Shown piece after piece: positions 9,725-19,539 of a stretch of 64,000 nucleotides of DNA. The notes under the pieces are model-generated. The model searched no databases. It was not told the origin of the DNA and saw nothing but the letters and a program-made list of their open reading frames with translations. Position numbers and translations under genes: made by a program. Every line of letters starts with the position of its first letter. Position 1 is the first letter of the stretch. The DNA is from Oceanispirochaeta sp. (lineage in GTDB: Bacteria > Spirochaetota > Spirochaetia > DSM-2461), in NCBI GenBank assembly GCA_963666275.2, contig CAXXOA010000002.1, positions 192,001 to 256,000 on the forward strand, read 5' to 3'.

Positions 9725-10331
9725 CAATATGCCTCTCTTCCGAGAGCATGGGAACTGTCACCGCCGTTATCTGAGCCTTCTCCCCCAGACCTCCCTCCAG
9801 AGAGTGGAGTTCTTCCCGGATCTGGGACATCCTGCCTTTGTAGGCGAAGATTCTGCCTTCTTCCGCAAGGATCCTTCTCAAATGAACAATGAGCTCCGGA
9901 TTGAAAGGGGAAAATCCCCGGAATGTTACCGCATCATACCGGTCTTCAAGCTTTTCGAGGGCCTTTTCGACTATCGTCACATTTTTAATCCCGAGCGTGA
10001 GGACCGCATTCCTGAGAAAACTGACTCTCCGCCCGGAGCGCTCCACGAGGAAGAATTCCGTCCCGGGCAGAAAAACAGCCAGAGGGATCCCCGGCAGCCC
10101 CGCACCGGAACCGATATCCGCCACGCGCTCCAGTCCGGGCTGATCCAGAACGGAAACACCCGAAAGGGAATCCAGGATGTGCCGGATAACAAGCTGATCG
10201 CCCTCGGCATTGACAAGTCCGTACCGGGGATTCCAGAGTTCGATCTCTTTTATATACCGTTCCAGTTTCTTGATTTTTTCAGGATCCTGATCCAGACCCA
10301 TGGCTTTAAGACCGTCATGAAGCAGACTCAT
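9708..10331 (-). CDS. rsmG: 16S rRNA m7G527 methyltransferase
   Basis: RHILDSL and DIGSGAGLPGIPLA motifs; follows mnmG. Confidence 0.95.
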   Translation of the reverse strand: MSLLHDGLKAMGLDQDPEKIKKLERYIKEIELWNPRYGLVNAEGDQLVIRHILDSLSGVSVLDQPGLERVADIGSGAGLPGIPLAVFLPGTEFFLVERSGRRVSFLRNAVLTLGIKNVTIVEKALEKLEDRYDAVTFRGFSPFNPELIVHLRRILAEEGRIFAYKGRMSQIREELHSLEGGLGEKAQITAVTVPMLSEERHIVTLCL

Positions 10332-12178
10332 TTTTTCCTTCCCTGGTTCAGCAGAACCATCAGCACGGCAATATCCGACGAGCGCACTCCGGAAATACGG
10401 GAAGCCTGCCCGACCGAAATTGGTCTGATCGATTTCATTTTTTCTCTGGACTCTTTCGAAACCCCTTCCGCCCTGTCGTAATCAAAGTCTTCGGGAATAC
10501 GGATATCCTCCATCTTTCTGAAGCGGGCGATCTGCCTCTCCTGACGGGCCACATACCCTTCATACTTCACATCCAGTTCCGTATGGGAGAGCCAGGCGGG
10601 CGGATAATTCTTCAGTTCGGGAACGGCTTCCTCCAGAAGAGAGAGATCCACATAGGGATCTTTGAGCGCCATATAGCACTCTTTTCCCACATGGGCGGTG
10701 AGTTTTTCTCTTCCTTCGGCGTAGCTTCCGCTGATGCGCCTCTGCCTGAGAAGCTCTTTAATTTCATCAATACCGTCGGCTTTCCTGTGGAAGAGCTCTT
10801 TCATTTTTTCGTCTGCCAGGCCGACCTGTTCAGCATAGGGAAAGAGCCTCCTGTCCGCATCATCATGACGAAGGGAGAGCCTGTATTCCGCCCGGGATGT
10901 GAACATCCGGTAGGGTTCCTTCGTCCCCAGCGTCACAAGGTCATCGATAAGAACTCCCACATAGGCCTCATCCCGTCCCAGAACAAGCGGTTCCCGTCCC
11001 TGCAGCTTCATGGCCGCATTGATTCCCGCCATGAGCCCCTGGCTGGCGGCCTCTTCGTATCCGGAAGTCCCGTTGGTCTGCCCCGCAATGAACAGCCCTT
11101 TATGCCTTTTGCTCTCCAGACTGGGCATCAGCTGGGTAGGATCGAGATAATCGTATTCCACCGCATATCCCGGCCTCATGATCTCCACATTCTCCAGCCC
11201 CGGCAGTGTTCGGAGAAACTCCTCCTGCACGACTTCGGGCAGAGAGGAAGAGATACCGTTCAGGTACATTTCCTCCGTATCCAGTCCTTCCGGCTCCACA
11301 AAGATCTGATGACGGATCCTGTCGGGAAAGCGGACAACTTTATCTTCGATGGAAGGACAGTACCGGGGCCCGGTGCCGACAATTTCTCCTCCGTACAGGG
11401 GAGATTCGTGCATATGATCCCGGATAATCTGATGAGTTTTTTCATTGGTATAGGTGATATGACAGGGCACCTGAGGCCTGTCGGTTGTTTCCCGGAAAAA
11501 AGAGAAAGGCTGCATGATCTCATCGCCGGCCTGTTCTTCCATACGGGAAAAATCCAGGCTGGAACTTTTAACCCGCGCGGGAGTGCCTGTCTTGAGCCGG
11601 CCCACGGTATACCCTTTCTCCCGGAGAGCGGTCCCCAGACCTACAGCAGCGGGTTCCCCCAGACGGCCGGAGGACTGATTGAAGGCTCCGATGAAGATGC
11701 GTCCCTCCATAAAGGTTCCTGTCGTGAGAACAACAACTTGGGAGCGGAAGGTTCTTCCCCTTTCCGTCACCACGCCCTGACAGACCGTACCGGACGAATC
11801 CAGCAGGAGATCCACAACGGTATCCTGAAACAGATGGAGGTTGTCCTGGCTTTCAAGAACCTTTTTTGCCAGCCGGGCGTAGAGGTTTTTATCCGCCTGA
11901 GCCCGGGGAGACTGCACAGCCGGCCCCCTGCTGCGGTTGAGGATCCGGAACTGAATCATCGAGTCATCTATCAGCCGGGCCATCTGACCGCCCAGAGCAT
12001 CCACTTCCCGGACAATATTCCCCTTGGAAAGCCCGCCTACCGCAGGATTACAGGAGAGCCGTCCGATGGCATCCAGACTCTGAGTTATAAAAAGTGTGGA
12101 GAAATTCAAACGGGACAGAGCAAGCCCCGCCTCGATCCCCGCATGTCCGCCGCCAATAACTATTGCATCAAAATCCAT
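10328..12178 (-). CDS. mnmG: tRNA U34 modification enzyme MnmG (GidA)
   Basis: GGGHAG, SCNPAVGG, GPRYCPSIEDK, AGQTNGTSGYEEA motifs. Confidence 0.98.
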   Translation of the reverse strand: MDFDAIVIGGGHAGIEAGLALSRLNFSTLFITQSLDAIGRLSCNPAVGGLSKGNIVREVDALGGQMARLIDDSMIQFRILNRSRGPAVQSPRAQADKNLYARLAKKVLESQDNLHLFQDTVVDLLLDSSGTVCQGVVTERGRTFRSQVVVLTTGTFMEGRIFIGAFNQSSGRLGEPAAVGLGTALREKGYTVGRLKTGTPARVKSSSLDFSRMEEQAGDEIMQPFSFFRETTDRPQVPCHITYTNEKTHQIIRDHMHESPLYGGEIVGTGPRYCPSIEDKVVRFPDRIRHQIFVEPEGLDTEEMYLNGISSSLPEVVQEEFLRTLPGLENVEIMRPGYAVEYDYLDPTQLMPSLESKRHKGLFIAGQTNGTSGYEEAASQGLMAGINAAMKLQGREPLVLGRDEAYVGVLIDDLVTLGTKEPYRMFTSRAEYRLSLRHDDADRRLFPYAEQVGLADEKMKELFHRKADGIDEIKELLRQRRISGSYAEGREKLTAHVGKECYMALKDPYVDLSLLEEAVPELKNYPPAWLSHTELDVKYEGYVARQERQIARFRKMEDIRIPEDFDYDRAEGVSKESREKMKSIRPISVGQASRISGVRSSDIAVLMVLLNQGRKK

Positions 12179-12183
12179 AATAT

Positions 12184-13542
12184 TTACTTCCCGACGCAGA
12201 AGTTTAAAAACATCTGCTCCATGATATCCGAAGAGGTGACTTCTCCTGTGATTTCTCCCAGTGCCTGGAGAACTTCAGAAATATCCATTGCCAGCACGTC
12301 CACAGGGAGGCCATTATGAATTCCCTCCAGAACTTTTTCAACCCCGGCATAAGCCCGCTCCAGGAGGTTTTTCTGCCGGAGCGAATCGATCACAGGACCG
12401 TCCTGAGGAGAGGGAGAATCGCGGAAGATCCGCCGCTTCAGTTCCTCTTCCAGCTCATGAAATCCCTCTCCGGTTGCGGCGCTCAATGGAACCGCTCCCT
12501 CTGGACAGGGGCCATCAGCCAGGTCCGCTTTGTTCCAGACCAGAACCCTGCCGGGATCCGGTTCCGCCAGAACAGCACGATCCTCATCAGAGAGTCCGGC
12601 GGTTCCGTCCAGCAGATACAGAACGATATGGGCATTCTCAATAACTTTTCTTGTTCTCCGGATACCCTCTTCTTCGATAGGATCCTCGGACTGACGCAGG
12701 CCCGCCGTATCGTACAGACGGACAGGGATTCCCGAAAGGGAGATCCATGACTCAAGAAAATCTCTGGTCGTACCATGTATATCCGAAACTATAGACCGGT
12801 CCTCTTTAAGAAAGAGATTGAACAGGGAGGATTTTCCCGCATTGGTCCTTCCGGCAAGGGCCACAATGACCCCCTCCTGATAAATCTTACCCACCTGATA
12901 GGTTCCTATCAGATCATGAAGGGAAGATTTGATGGTTTCGAGATCTCCCACAGGAGGTTCGGGCATTTCCACTTCATCATCGGGATAGTCCAGCTGCAGT
13001 TCAAAAGATGCGGCAATGTGTACCGCTTTGTTTTTTATTGTGTCGATCCGCTGGGCTACCGCACCGGACAGCCTGTTCAGAGCCATAGCCTGGGCTTTTC
13101 CGGATTTGGCGCTGACGATCTCCTGAACCGCTTCGGCTCTTGTGAGATCCATCTTGCCGTTGATAAATGCCCGGAAGGTAAACTCTCCGGGAGACGCCTG
13201 GCGGAACCCGTTCCGGAACAGGAGCTGGAGTATTTTCTGAATTCCAGGAAGACTGCCGTGGCAGTAGAATTCCACGCTGTCCTGCCCTGTATAACTGGCC
13301 GGCCCTCTGAAGACAACAGCCATAACCTCATCAAGGGGATCCCCCGTCTCGGGATCAAAGATCATTCCCAGGTGCATCCTGGAAGGCCTGGCCTTTCCCA
13401 GGGAGTTTTTGCCCCTGAATAAAGAGTCTGCCTTTTCAACAGACCCCTCTCCGGTGAGACGGATAATCCCTATAGCGCTTTCTGCCCAGGGTGTTGCCAG
13501 GGCTGCGATTCGATCATCTGGATCGTAATTTTCATGATTCAT
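12184..13542 (-). CDS. mnmE: tRNA modification GTPase MnmE (TrmE)
   Basis: IAALAT, GRTNAGKSSL, GTTRD, DTAGLR, terminal FCVGK; start may be 13560. Confidence 0.97.
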   Translation of the reverse strand: MNHENYDPDDRIAALATPWAESAIGIIRLTGEGSVEKADSLFRGKNSLGKARPSRMHLGMIFDPETGDPLDEVMAVVFRGPASYTGQDSVEFYCHGSLPGIQKILQLLFRNGFRQASPGEFTFRAFINGKMDLTRAEAVQEIVSAKSGKAQAMALNRLSGAVAQRIDTIKNKAVHIAASFELQLDYPDDEVEMPEPPVGDLETIKSSLHDLIGTYQVGKIYQEGVIVALAGRTNAGKSSLFNLFLKEDRSIVSDIHGTTRDFLESWISLSGIPVRLYDTAGLRQSEDPIEEEGIRRTRKVIENAHIVLYLLDGTAGLSDEDRAVLAEPDPGRVLVWNKADLADGPCPEGAVPLSAATGEGFHELEEELKRRIFRDSPSPQDGPVIDSLRQKNLLERAYAGVEKVLEGIHNGLPVDVLAMDISEVLQALGEITGEVTSSDIMEQMFLNFCVGK

Positions 13543-13593
13543 ACAGAAAGAAGGATACATCTTTTAAAGAGAACGTATCAATTGCCGGAAGTC

Positions 13594-15063
13594 TCAATAT
13601 AGATTGTTCTTAAGCTCTTCTCCGAAGGCCCGACCCAATTCCCGGAAAGATGCGGACACTGCCAGGGCGTTATCCCGGCTTTCAACCGACTTGACCGCTT
13701 CCACTTCCATCAGGATCTCTCCGGTAGCCACATCAACGGCTTTCACAAAACCACTGGTTTCAACTTTATAGAGACTTTCATTTCGAATATCAAAGTCATT
13801 GATACCGACCACACCGAAGACAACCCTTTTATACCTCCCGGCATAGGCGGCTTTCAGATCTCTCAGAAAAGACTGTTCATTCGATGCGGTAATCTCCCGG
13901 GGAGCCAGATCCATAATTTCCACATCAAAACCATCTGCTGTGAGGACCTCCCTCAGGCCGCCGGCAGTTTCGGAAGAGTTCAGATTGGCTCCTGACATAT
14001 CCGTATGAAGGATAACAATGCCTGTGGACACTTCCCTGGCAATGGAGTCTACCGTGAAATCCATGGTTACCGTATTCTCTTCGAGATAGCGGGATAACCC
14101 GGCAGCTGACTCCAGAAGAGGAGCCAGTTCCCGCAGAGTGGTTTTCAGTTTCCGGCTTCCCGGAGACATAACCACTTCCGAAGGGCCTGCGAAAGGGACA
14201 AAGGGGTGATAGAAATTGACGAAACCATCCACATCAGAAACCATCCTGACCTCGAAGGCACCGATCGTTCCATCCCGTTTTCTGCCCTTGTATTCCACCA
14301 GGAACTCAATATTCCGGATCCCAATAATACCATCCATACAGCGGAGCGAAAAAGGCGTATCGACCGGACTGTTTGCATCCACCCGGGAGGGGTAATTCTG
14401 GATTCTGTAATCTATACGCTGAAAAATCTCCAGAGCCTGTCCCGCATACTGTTCCGCCAGATCCGAAGAGACCGGCGATCCGGTTCCCAGAACATAGGAG
14501 GCCGCATCCATCAGAGCTTCCACAGCCTGATAGAGGAGTCCGTTATTTTCACTCTCTTCAGCCAGCCTGAGCAGCCTGGAAAGGGCTTCATCGGCTCCAA
14601 AATACCTCTCCTGCAGCACCGACCTGAGGACCTGTTCCGCAGTTTCCGGAATGCAGTAATAGCCGAAATAGGCAAAAAGCCCATCCTGTTCAACCCATTC
14701 ATCCCTCTCAAGATTCAGGGGCATCCCGTCTCCGGAGATTCCAGTCAGCACAAGAGAGCGGATCTCCTCAAGAAGGAGCTGACGATCCTCTTCTTCCTCC
14801 AGAAGAGTTCCCAGACCGCTTTTCTCCAGAAAAACCTCCAGGATCCGGACTGAAACCGCTTCAGCAGTGTCGTCCCGGTTTTCCGACTCGGAGGAAACTT
14901 TGAAATAATAGCAGCCGTTTTCCTCTTTATCTTCCAGCTCTTCGAACCACTGAGGAGGGGCTATCCTGCCAGACCGGCCTGAAGCACAACTGATAAAAAT
15001 CTGGGAGACTCCCATCAAAAGGAGAAGATAGATAATGGGCTGATGAAACTTTTTTATTGTCAA
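13594..15063 (-). CDS. Putative lipoprotein
   Basis: Signal peptide with FISC lipobox-like motif. Confidence 0.75.
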   Translation of the reverse strand: MTIKKFHQPIIYLLLLMGVSQIFISCASGRSGRIAPPQWFEELEDKEENGCYYFKVSSESENRDDTAEAVSVRILEVFLEKSGLGTLLEEEEDRQLLLEEIRSLVLTGISGDGMPLNLERDEWVEQDGLFAYFGYYCIPETAEQVLRSVLQERYFGADEALSRLLRLAEESENNGLLYQAVEALMDAASYVLGTGSPVSSDLAEQYAGQALEIFQRIDYRIQNYPSRVDANSPVDTPFSLRCMDGIIGIRNIEFLVEYKGRKRDGTIGAFEVRMVSDVDGFVNFYHPFVPFAGPSEVVMSPGSRKLKTTLRELAPLLESAAGLSRYLEENTVTMDFTVDSIAREVSTGIVILHTDMSGANLNSSETAGGLREVLTADGFDVEIMDLAPREITASNEQSFLRDLKAAYAGRYKRVVFGVVGINDFDIRNESLYKVETSGFVKAVDVATGEILMEVEAVKSVESRDNALAVSASFRELGRAFGEELKNNLY

Positions 15064-15080
15064 TTACAAACTCTTTATAC

Positions 15081-16754
15081 TCAATCCTGATATATGCGGA
15101 TCTCTTTTACAGCATTTATTCCTGTATTTATACTATCATACGGCTGGATCTTCAATATTAAACTTCCATTAACAGAAAACGGGCCTTTCACCTGTCCTTC
15201 ATACCCGACATACAGCCCGTCTCTGTTCTGAATAATAGAAAAATAGACATTTTCCTCTCCCCCATCACCGGCGGGCCTGCCAGAACCTGAAACAACCGAA
15301 ATGGGATAATCCACCGCCAGATAGGTATCCCCGGAATCTTTCATAAAAAGAATCTGCCACTGAATATCCTGAACACTTTTATCCAGAAGAAATTCAAGCG
15401 AAGAGAATTCACTGACAGGAAGTGATGTATCTACAAGAATCGAATCTGGAACAGGAAGTTCTCTTGTATAGAGGGTATCATAACCGGACAGGGCGGAACC
15501 ATCAGCACCTGCGCCTCCCTCGGGAAGAGCTTCCATTGCGTTAAGAATTCCCGCTTCTGTCCAGGCAGAAAGAACCGTACTGCTGTCGGATGAAGACTCG
15601 GGAGAACCGGGGAAAGGAATTTCTGTTTCCCCCAGGATTTCCTCTTCATTCTGCCAGACAAGTCTGTTCCGGCCATCGCTTTTTGTGTAGATAAGCTGTA
15701 CGGCGGCCTGACTTCTATCCTCAAACAGAGATAAGGGGAGAGAAGAGAGAACCTGGGGTATCCTGCTGAATCCTGCATAGAAAGTTCTGGTTTTTCCATT
15801 ATAGAAAAGGATAAAACCATCATCACTGTCGCCCATGGAGATAAGCTGCCACTGATCTGAGCTCATAAGGTGGCGGGGAGTAAATTCCAGAGAGAGCGAA
15901 AAACTTTCCACAGAGCCGAGACGATTCCCGGGAAGATCTGGATAGATATAGGAAATCCCCTGTTCGGCAGATTTTATGTCCCAGGATGCCCCGGGAATGA
16001 CTGTATTGTTATCAAGCTGAACCGCGAATGAAAAAAGCGAATCCCCCTGATTTTCAAGAGCCTTTCCGCTTCCGGAAGGAGAGACATAGATATCTGTTGA
16101 GGCCGCAAGGGTACTTATCAATTTTTTCTGGGGCTCCAGGGGAAAAAGTTCACATTTCAGAGTATAGATCCCTTCATCTCTGGATACGGGAAAAGAAACC
16201 GTGCTTCCTATTTGACTGATAAATCCTTCAAGAAGAACTTCCCCGTCCAGAGACCAACGCAGCCAGGGAGAGGAATCTTCCGGGTAGACAGTATAAACCC
16301 GGGCAGTGATATTTCCTCCGGGCTGCACTTTGGGAGGATAGGTTTCAACACTTGAAATGGAGAAATCTCCCGTCACCAGATAGAAGTAGGTTTCGGATTC
16401 CGACAGAAGAACCCCGGCTCCCCAGGCTTCAAACTGCAGATAATAGACACCTGCTTCCAGATCTTCAGGGAGCGAGACAGGAAGCCCGTCCCCTTTGAGC
16501 TCTTCCGGAGCCAGTTCCACCAGGGCTATCTCATTGTATGCGGAATCTGTCAGTCGGATGAGGATCTGATCAGCCTGACCGTCAACTTCAGTAAAACTCA
16601 CAGGAATTTCAGCCCCGGGAGCCACCACAGAACCATTATCCACAGAGTAGAAGAAATACTCCTCCTCCGGTGTCATGACAAGTCCGTTCTGATCTCCGCA
16701 GGAGACAAAAAGAGAAACAATTAAGAATATAAAAAACCACCTGGTTTTTACCAC
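15081..16754 (-). CDS. Putative lipoprotein
   Basis: Signal peptide with FVSC lipobox-like motif; beta-rich body. Confidence 0.75.
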   Translation of the reverse strand: MVKTRWFFIFLIVSLFVSCGDQNGLVMTPEEEYFFYSVDNGSVVAPGAEIPVSFTEVDGQADQILIRLTDSAYNEIALVELAPEELKGDGLPVSLPEDLEAGVYYLQFEAWGAGVLLSESETYFYLVTGDFSISSVETYPPKVQPGGNITARVYTVYPEDSSPWLRWSLDGEVLLEGFISQIGSTVSFPVSRDEGIYTLKCELFPLEPQKKLISTLAASTDIYVSPSGSGKALENQGDSLFSFAVQLDNNTVIPGASWDIKSAEQGISYIYPDLPGNRLGSVESFSLSLEFTPRHLMSSDQWQLISMGDSDDGFILFYNGKTRTFYAGFSRIPQVLSSLPLSLFEDRSQAAVQLIYTKSDGRNRLVWQNEEEILGETEIPFPGSPESSSDSSTVLSAWTEAGILNAMEALPEGGAGADGSALSGYDTLYTRELPVPDSILVDTSLPVSEFSSLEFLLDKSVQDIQWQILFMKDSGDTYLAVDYPISVVSGSGRPAGDGGEENVYFSIIQNRDGLYVGYEGQVKGPFSVNGSLILKIQPYDSINTGINAVKEIRIYQD

Positions 16755-16821
16755 AGAAACTCCCTACATTAAATATAACACATGAAGGGATTAATACACA
16801 GATTAATAGCGATGAAAAAAA

Positions 16822-18084
16822 TCAGGTATTCAGCTTCTGCTCAGGAGCGTCCAGGACAATCCCCAGAACAACCTGTACCGCCTTGACCATAGAACTGAGA
16901 GGGATACACTCCCGAACGCTGTGAAAATTCAGACCTCCTGCAAAAATATTCGGGGTGGGAATTCCCATTGCGGTGAGTCTGGCTCCATCGGTTCCTCCCC
17001 GGATAGGCCTCACTTCCGGCAGAACATCCGCTTTTTCATAGGCTTTAACGAGCAGAGGCTCCAGAACCGGATATTTATCAAGCTCACCTTTCATATTTTT
17101 GTACTGTTCCTTGATTTTCAGATCAACTTTCCCACCTGGAAAAGCAGCTTCCACGGCATCGGCAAAGGCACGGAGAGCTTTTAAGCGTCGCTGGCCCTGC
17201 TCTTCTGAAAAATCCCGAACCATCACAGTGACTTCCGCTTTATCAACACTTCCCCAGATATGATGAGCCCAGTAATTGCCGAAATAGCCGTCGGTGGCCT
17301 CGGGGCTTTCACTCCTCGGGAGAAGAGAGACAAAATGAGAGGCCATGGAGACGGCGTTCACAAGCTTCCCTCTGGCATATCCGGGATGAATGACTTTCCC
17401 CTGAAAAGAAGCATCACAGCGCCAGGCGTTGTAGCACTCCGTTTCCAGCTCCCCTTCCACTCCTCCATCCAGGGTAAAACAGAAATCAGACTTCAGCTGC
17501 TCCAGAGGAAAATCGTCCATCCCGCAGCCGGTTTCCTCGTCCGGAGTAAATATGATCTCAATATCCCCATGTTCCCAATCAGGATTTTTCATAAGGACTT
17601 CCATGGCTGTCATAATTTCCGCAACACCGGCTTTATCATCCGCTCCGAGCAGAGTGGTTCCATCACTGGAGATTATGGTATCACCATTAAACCGGGCAAG
17701 AGCTTCTGTGGTTTCCCCATCCAGTACCACGCCGTTTTCAAGACGTATCGGTGATCCGTCCCAGGACCTGTGGATCCGGGGATGAACATCCTTCCCGGGG
17801 GCATCCTCCGCAGTATCCACATGGGCCATAAAACCCATTACAGGAAAATCCTTTTCCGAATTGGAAGGGATCCGCCCTATGAGATATCCCTTCTCATCCA
17901 GATCCACCCGGGGGACTCCCAGCTGAAGGAGTTCCTGTTTCAGCATATTTAAAAGATCCCACTGTCCTTCTGTGGAGGGCCTCTTCTTTTCAGCAACGGC
18001 AGGATTTGATGTAGTCCAGACTTTCACATACCTGAGAAACCTGTCCAGAACGGCAGTCTCTATTTCGCTCTTGTTCATTTCCAT
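16822..18084 (-). CDS. pepT: Peptidase T (tripeptide aminopeptidase)
   Basis: AHVDT, LGADDKAG, FTPDEE, IRGGTDG, NFHS motifs. Confidence 0.95.
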   Translation of the reverse strand: MEMNKSEIETAVLDRFLRYVKVWTTSNPAVAEKKRPSTEGQWDLLNMLKQELLQLGVPRVDLDEKGYLIGRIPSNSEKDFPVMGFMAHVDTAEDAPGKDVHPRIHRSWDGSPIRLENGVVLDGETTEALARFNGDTIISSDGTTLLGADDKAGVAEIMTAMEVLMKNPDWEHGDIEIIFTPDEETGCGMDDFPLEQLKSDFCFTLDGGVEGELETECYNAWRCDASFQGKVIHPGYARGKLVNAVSMASHFVSLLPRSESPEATDGYFGNYWAHHIWGSVDKAEVTVMVRDFSEEQGQRRLKALRAFADAVEAAFPGGKVDLKIKEQYKNMKGELDKYPVLEPLLVKAYEKADVLPEVRPIRGGTDGARLTAMGIPTPNIFAGGLNFHSVRECIPLSSMVKAVQVVLGIVLDAPEQKLNT

Positions 18085-18174
18085 TATTTTATCTCCCTGA
18101 TATAAAATACAAGCTAAATAGGCTGGCTTTAAAAGTCAATTAAAGTTGCCTGAAAAAACTGATACAAAAAACAG

Positions 18175-18203
18175 TTGACATAAAATACCGCATTCTATAT
18201 GAT
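18175..18203 (+). promoter_or_regulatory. Sigma70 promoter of the tRNA operon
   Basis: TTGACA-17 bp-TATGAT just upstream of tRNA-Arg. Confidence 0.8.
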
Positions 18204-18216
18204 ACAGCCATCCTGT

Positions 18217-18292
18217 GCCCCGGTAGCTCAGGGGATAGAGCAGCCGCCTCCTAAGCGGCAGGTCAGACGTTCGAATCGTCCCCGGGGTACCA
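18217..18292 (+). tRNA. tRNA-Arg (anticodon CCT)
   Basis: Acceptor GCCCCGG/CCGGGGT, anticodon arm GCCGC-CTCCTAA-GCGGC, TTCGAAT loop, encoded CCA. Confidence 0.95.
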
Positions 18293-18320
18293 TTTTTTTT
18301 CTGCACAGGATTGGACAATT

Positions 18321-18394
18321 GGAGGCGTAGCGAAGATGGTTATCGCGCCGGCCTGTCAAGCCGGAGATCGCGGGTTCGAGACCCGTCGCTTCCG
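18321..18394 (+). tRNA. tRNA-Asp (anticodon GTC), copy 1
   Basis: Acceptor GGAGGCG/CGCTTCC, anticodon arm CCGGC-CTGTCAA-GCCGG; no encoded CCA. Confidence 0.95.
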
Positions 18395-18396
18395 TA

Positions 18397-18585
18397 TCCC
18401 TTCGAGACCGCTGAAATACCTGTTACAGGTCAGAGCGGGATCGACAGCTGAATGTTCCCGTTAGCAATAACGGAAACCTCTGAGCCGCAAAGGGTCTTTT
18501 ATACTCCGCGAAGGAGACCCTTTTATTGATAAGCGGAAAACGGTACTGTATACCGTAAAATACAGCGTCTTGCCCTTTAGGGCTT
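18397..18585 (+). ncRNA. Candidate structured RNA between the two tRNA-Asp genes
   Basis: Several stems (ACCTGT/ACAGGT, CCGTTA-GCAA-TAACGG, AAAGGGTCT/AGACCCTTT, ACGGTA/TACCGT); ends complementary. Confidence 0.4.
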
Positions 18586-18595
18586 TACATATACT

Positions 18596-18669
18596 GGAGG
18601 CGTAGCGAAGATGGTTATCGCGCCGGCCTGTCAAGCCGGAGATCGCGGGTTCGAGACCCGTCGCTTCCG
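18596..18669 (+). tRNA. tRNA-Asp (anticodon GTC), copy 2
   Basis: Identical to copy 1. Confidence 0.95.
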
Positions 18670-19105
18670 TACACAATAACTTTAGAAAGCTGTCCTTTTC
18701 GGGATGGCTTTTTTTTGCCTGAAAATAATTCGGGTCTCGAAGCGGAAGGTCCGGCGCGATGCTCGCAGCGCAATCCGGCAGGGATGCCGGATTAGGACCT
18801 GGAGCCGGTCAGCAGGGAGGAGGCAGGATGCCGACAACCGGAGGAGTGACCCGTCGCTTCCGTACACACTAACTTTACAAAGCTATCCTTTTCGGGATGG
18901 CTTTTTTTTTGCCTGAAAAGAATTCGGTTCTCGAAGCGGAATAGCTGGCGCGAATACTTGCAGCGCAAACCGGCAAGGACGCCGGTTTAAGGTATGGAGC
19001 CGGCCCGCAGGGAAGAGGCAGGATGCCGACAACCGGAGGAGTGACCCGTCGCTTCCGTAAATAAGAACCTTTTAAAGCTGTCCTACTCAGGATGGCTTTT
19101 TTTTT
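18670..19105 (+). repeat. tRNA-Asp-linked tandem repeat: two ~194-bp units plus a third terminator
   Basis: Units 18670-18862 and 18863-19057, each starting with a terminator and ending in tRNA 3' sequence GACCCGTCGCTTCCG. Confidence 0.9.
18686..18716 (+). terminator. Intrinsic terminator after tRNA-Asp (repeated near 18878-18910 and 19075-19105)
   Basis: AAAGCTGTCC-TTTTCG-GGATGGCTTT followed by a T-run. Confidence 0.8.
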
Positions 19106-19539
19106 GCGGCGGCCGCTTTCAGAGGTTCTATAACCATCAGAAGAATCAGCACTGTATAGAGAGGGACGATCATGAGGACTCCGAAATTCAGCCCCAGGAC
19201 TTCGGGACTATCCAGATGAGCTCCGATTCCGATAGCTCCGATGATCGTCCAGACAAAGGCATTGAGAATGAAAATGTTTCTGTAGGTTCTCAGAAACAGG
19301 AGGATCTGATTCTGAGAGTTTCCAGAAAGACTGTTTTCCCGACGGAAGATTTCATCATAGAACCCTTTCTGATCTTTCAGGGGGAATATCATTGATATGA
19401 GCAGAAAAGGCGGAACAATCACCAGAACAAGAGAAGCAATATCAACATAGAGATTCACGGAATTCCCCGTGACGACGATGGCGGCCAGAACCAGAAGAAA
19501 AACCATAATATTGAGTAAACAGAAGCGGATTTTAGTCAT
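19087..19539 (-). CDS. Membrane protein (about 4 TM), third gene of the ECF operon
   Basis: Hydrophobic segments; overlaps the upstream gene. Confidence 0.75.
   Translation of the reverse strand: MTKIRFCLLNIMVFLLVLAAIVVTGNSVNLYVDIASLVLVIVPPFLLISMIFPLKDQKGFYDEIFRRENSLSGNSQNQILLFLRTYRNIFILNAFVWTIIGAIGIGAHLDSPEVLGLNFGVLMIVPLYTVLILLMVIEPLKAAAAKKKPS

Noticed and set aside
10583..12319. 578-aa plus-strand ORF
   Set aside because: Antisense shadow of mnmG
18397..18585. Hammerhead, theta/HDV ribozyme, SRP or 6S assignment for the spacer
   Set aside because: No CUGANGA core, no G-start at the tRNA 3' end, no complete SRP helix-8 motif, and the fold is not clearly a 6S rod; left unassigned
18136..18916. 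Short ORFs across the tRNA cluster
   Set aside because: They overlap tRNAs, terminators and repeats, so they are translation artefacts
18670..19105. Possible CRISPR array or prophage att site
   Set aside because: Units are similar along their whole length with no unique spacers; no cas, integrase or phage genes in the window
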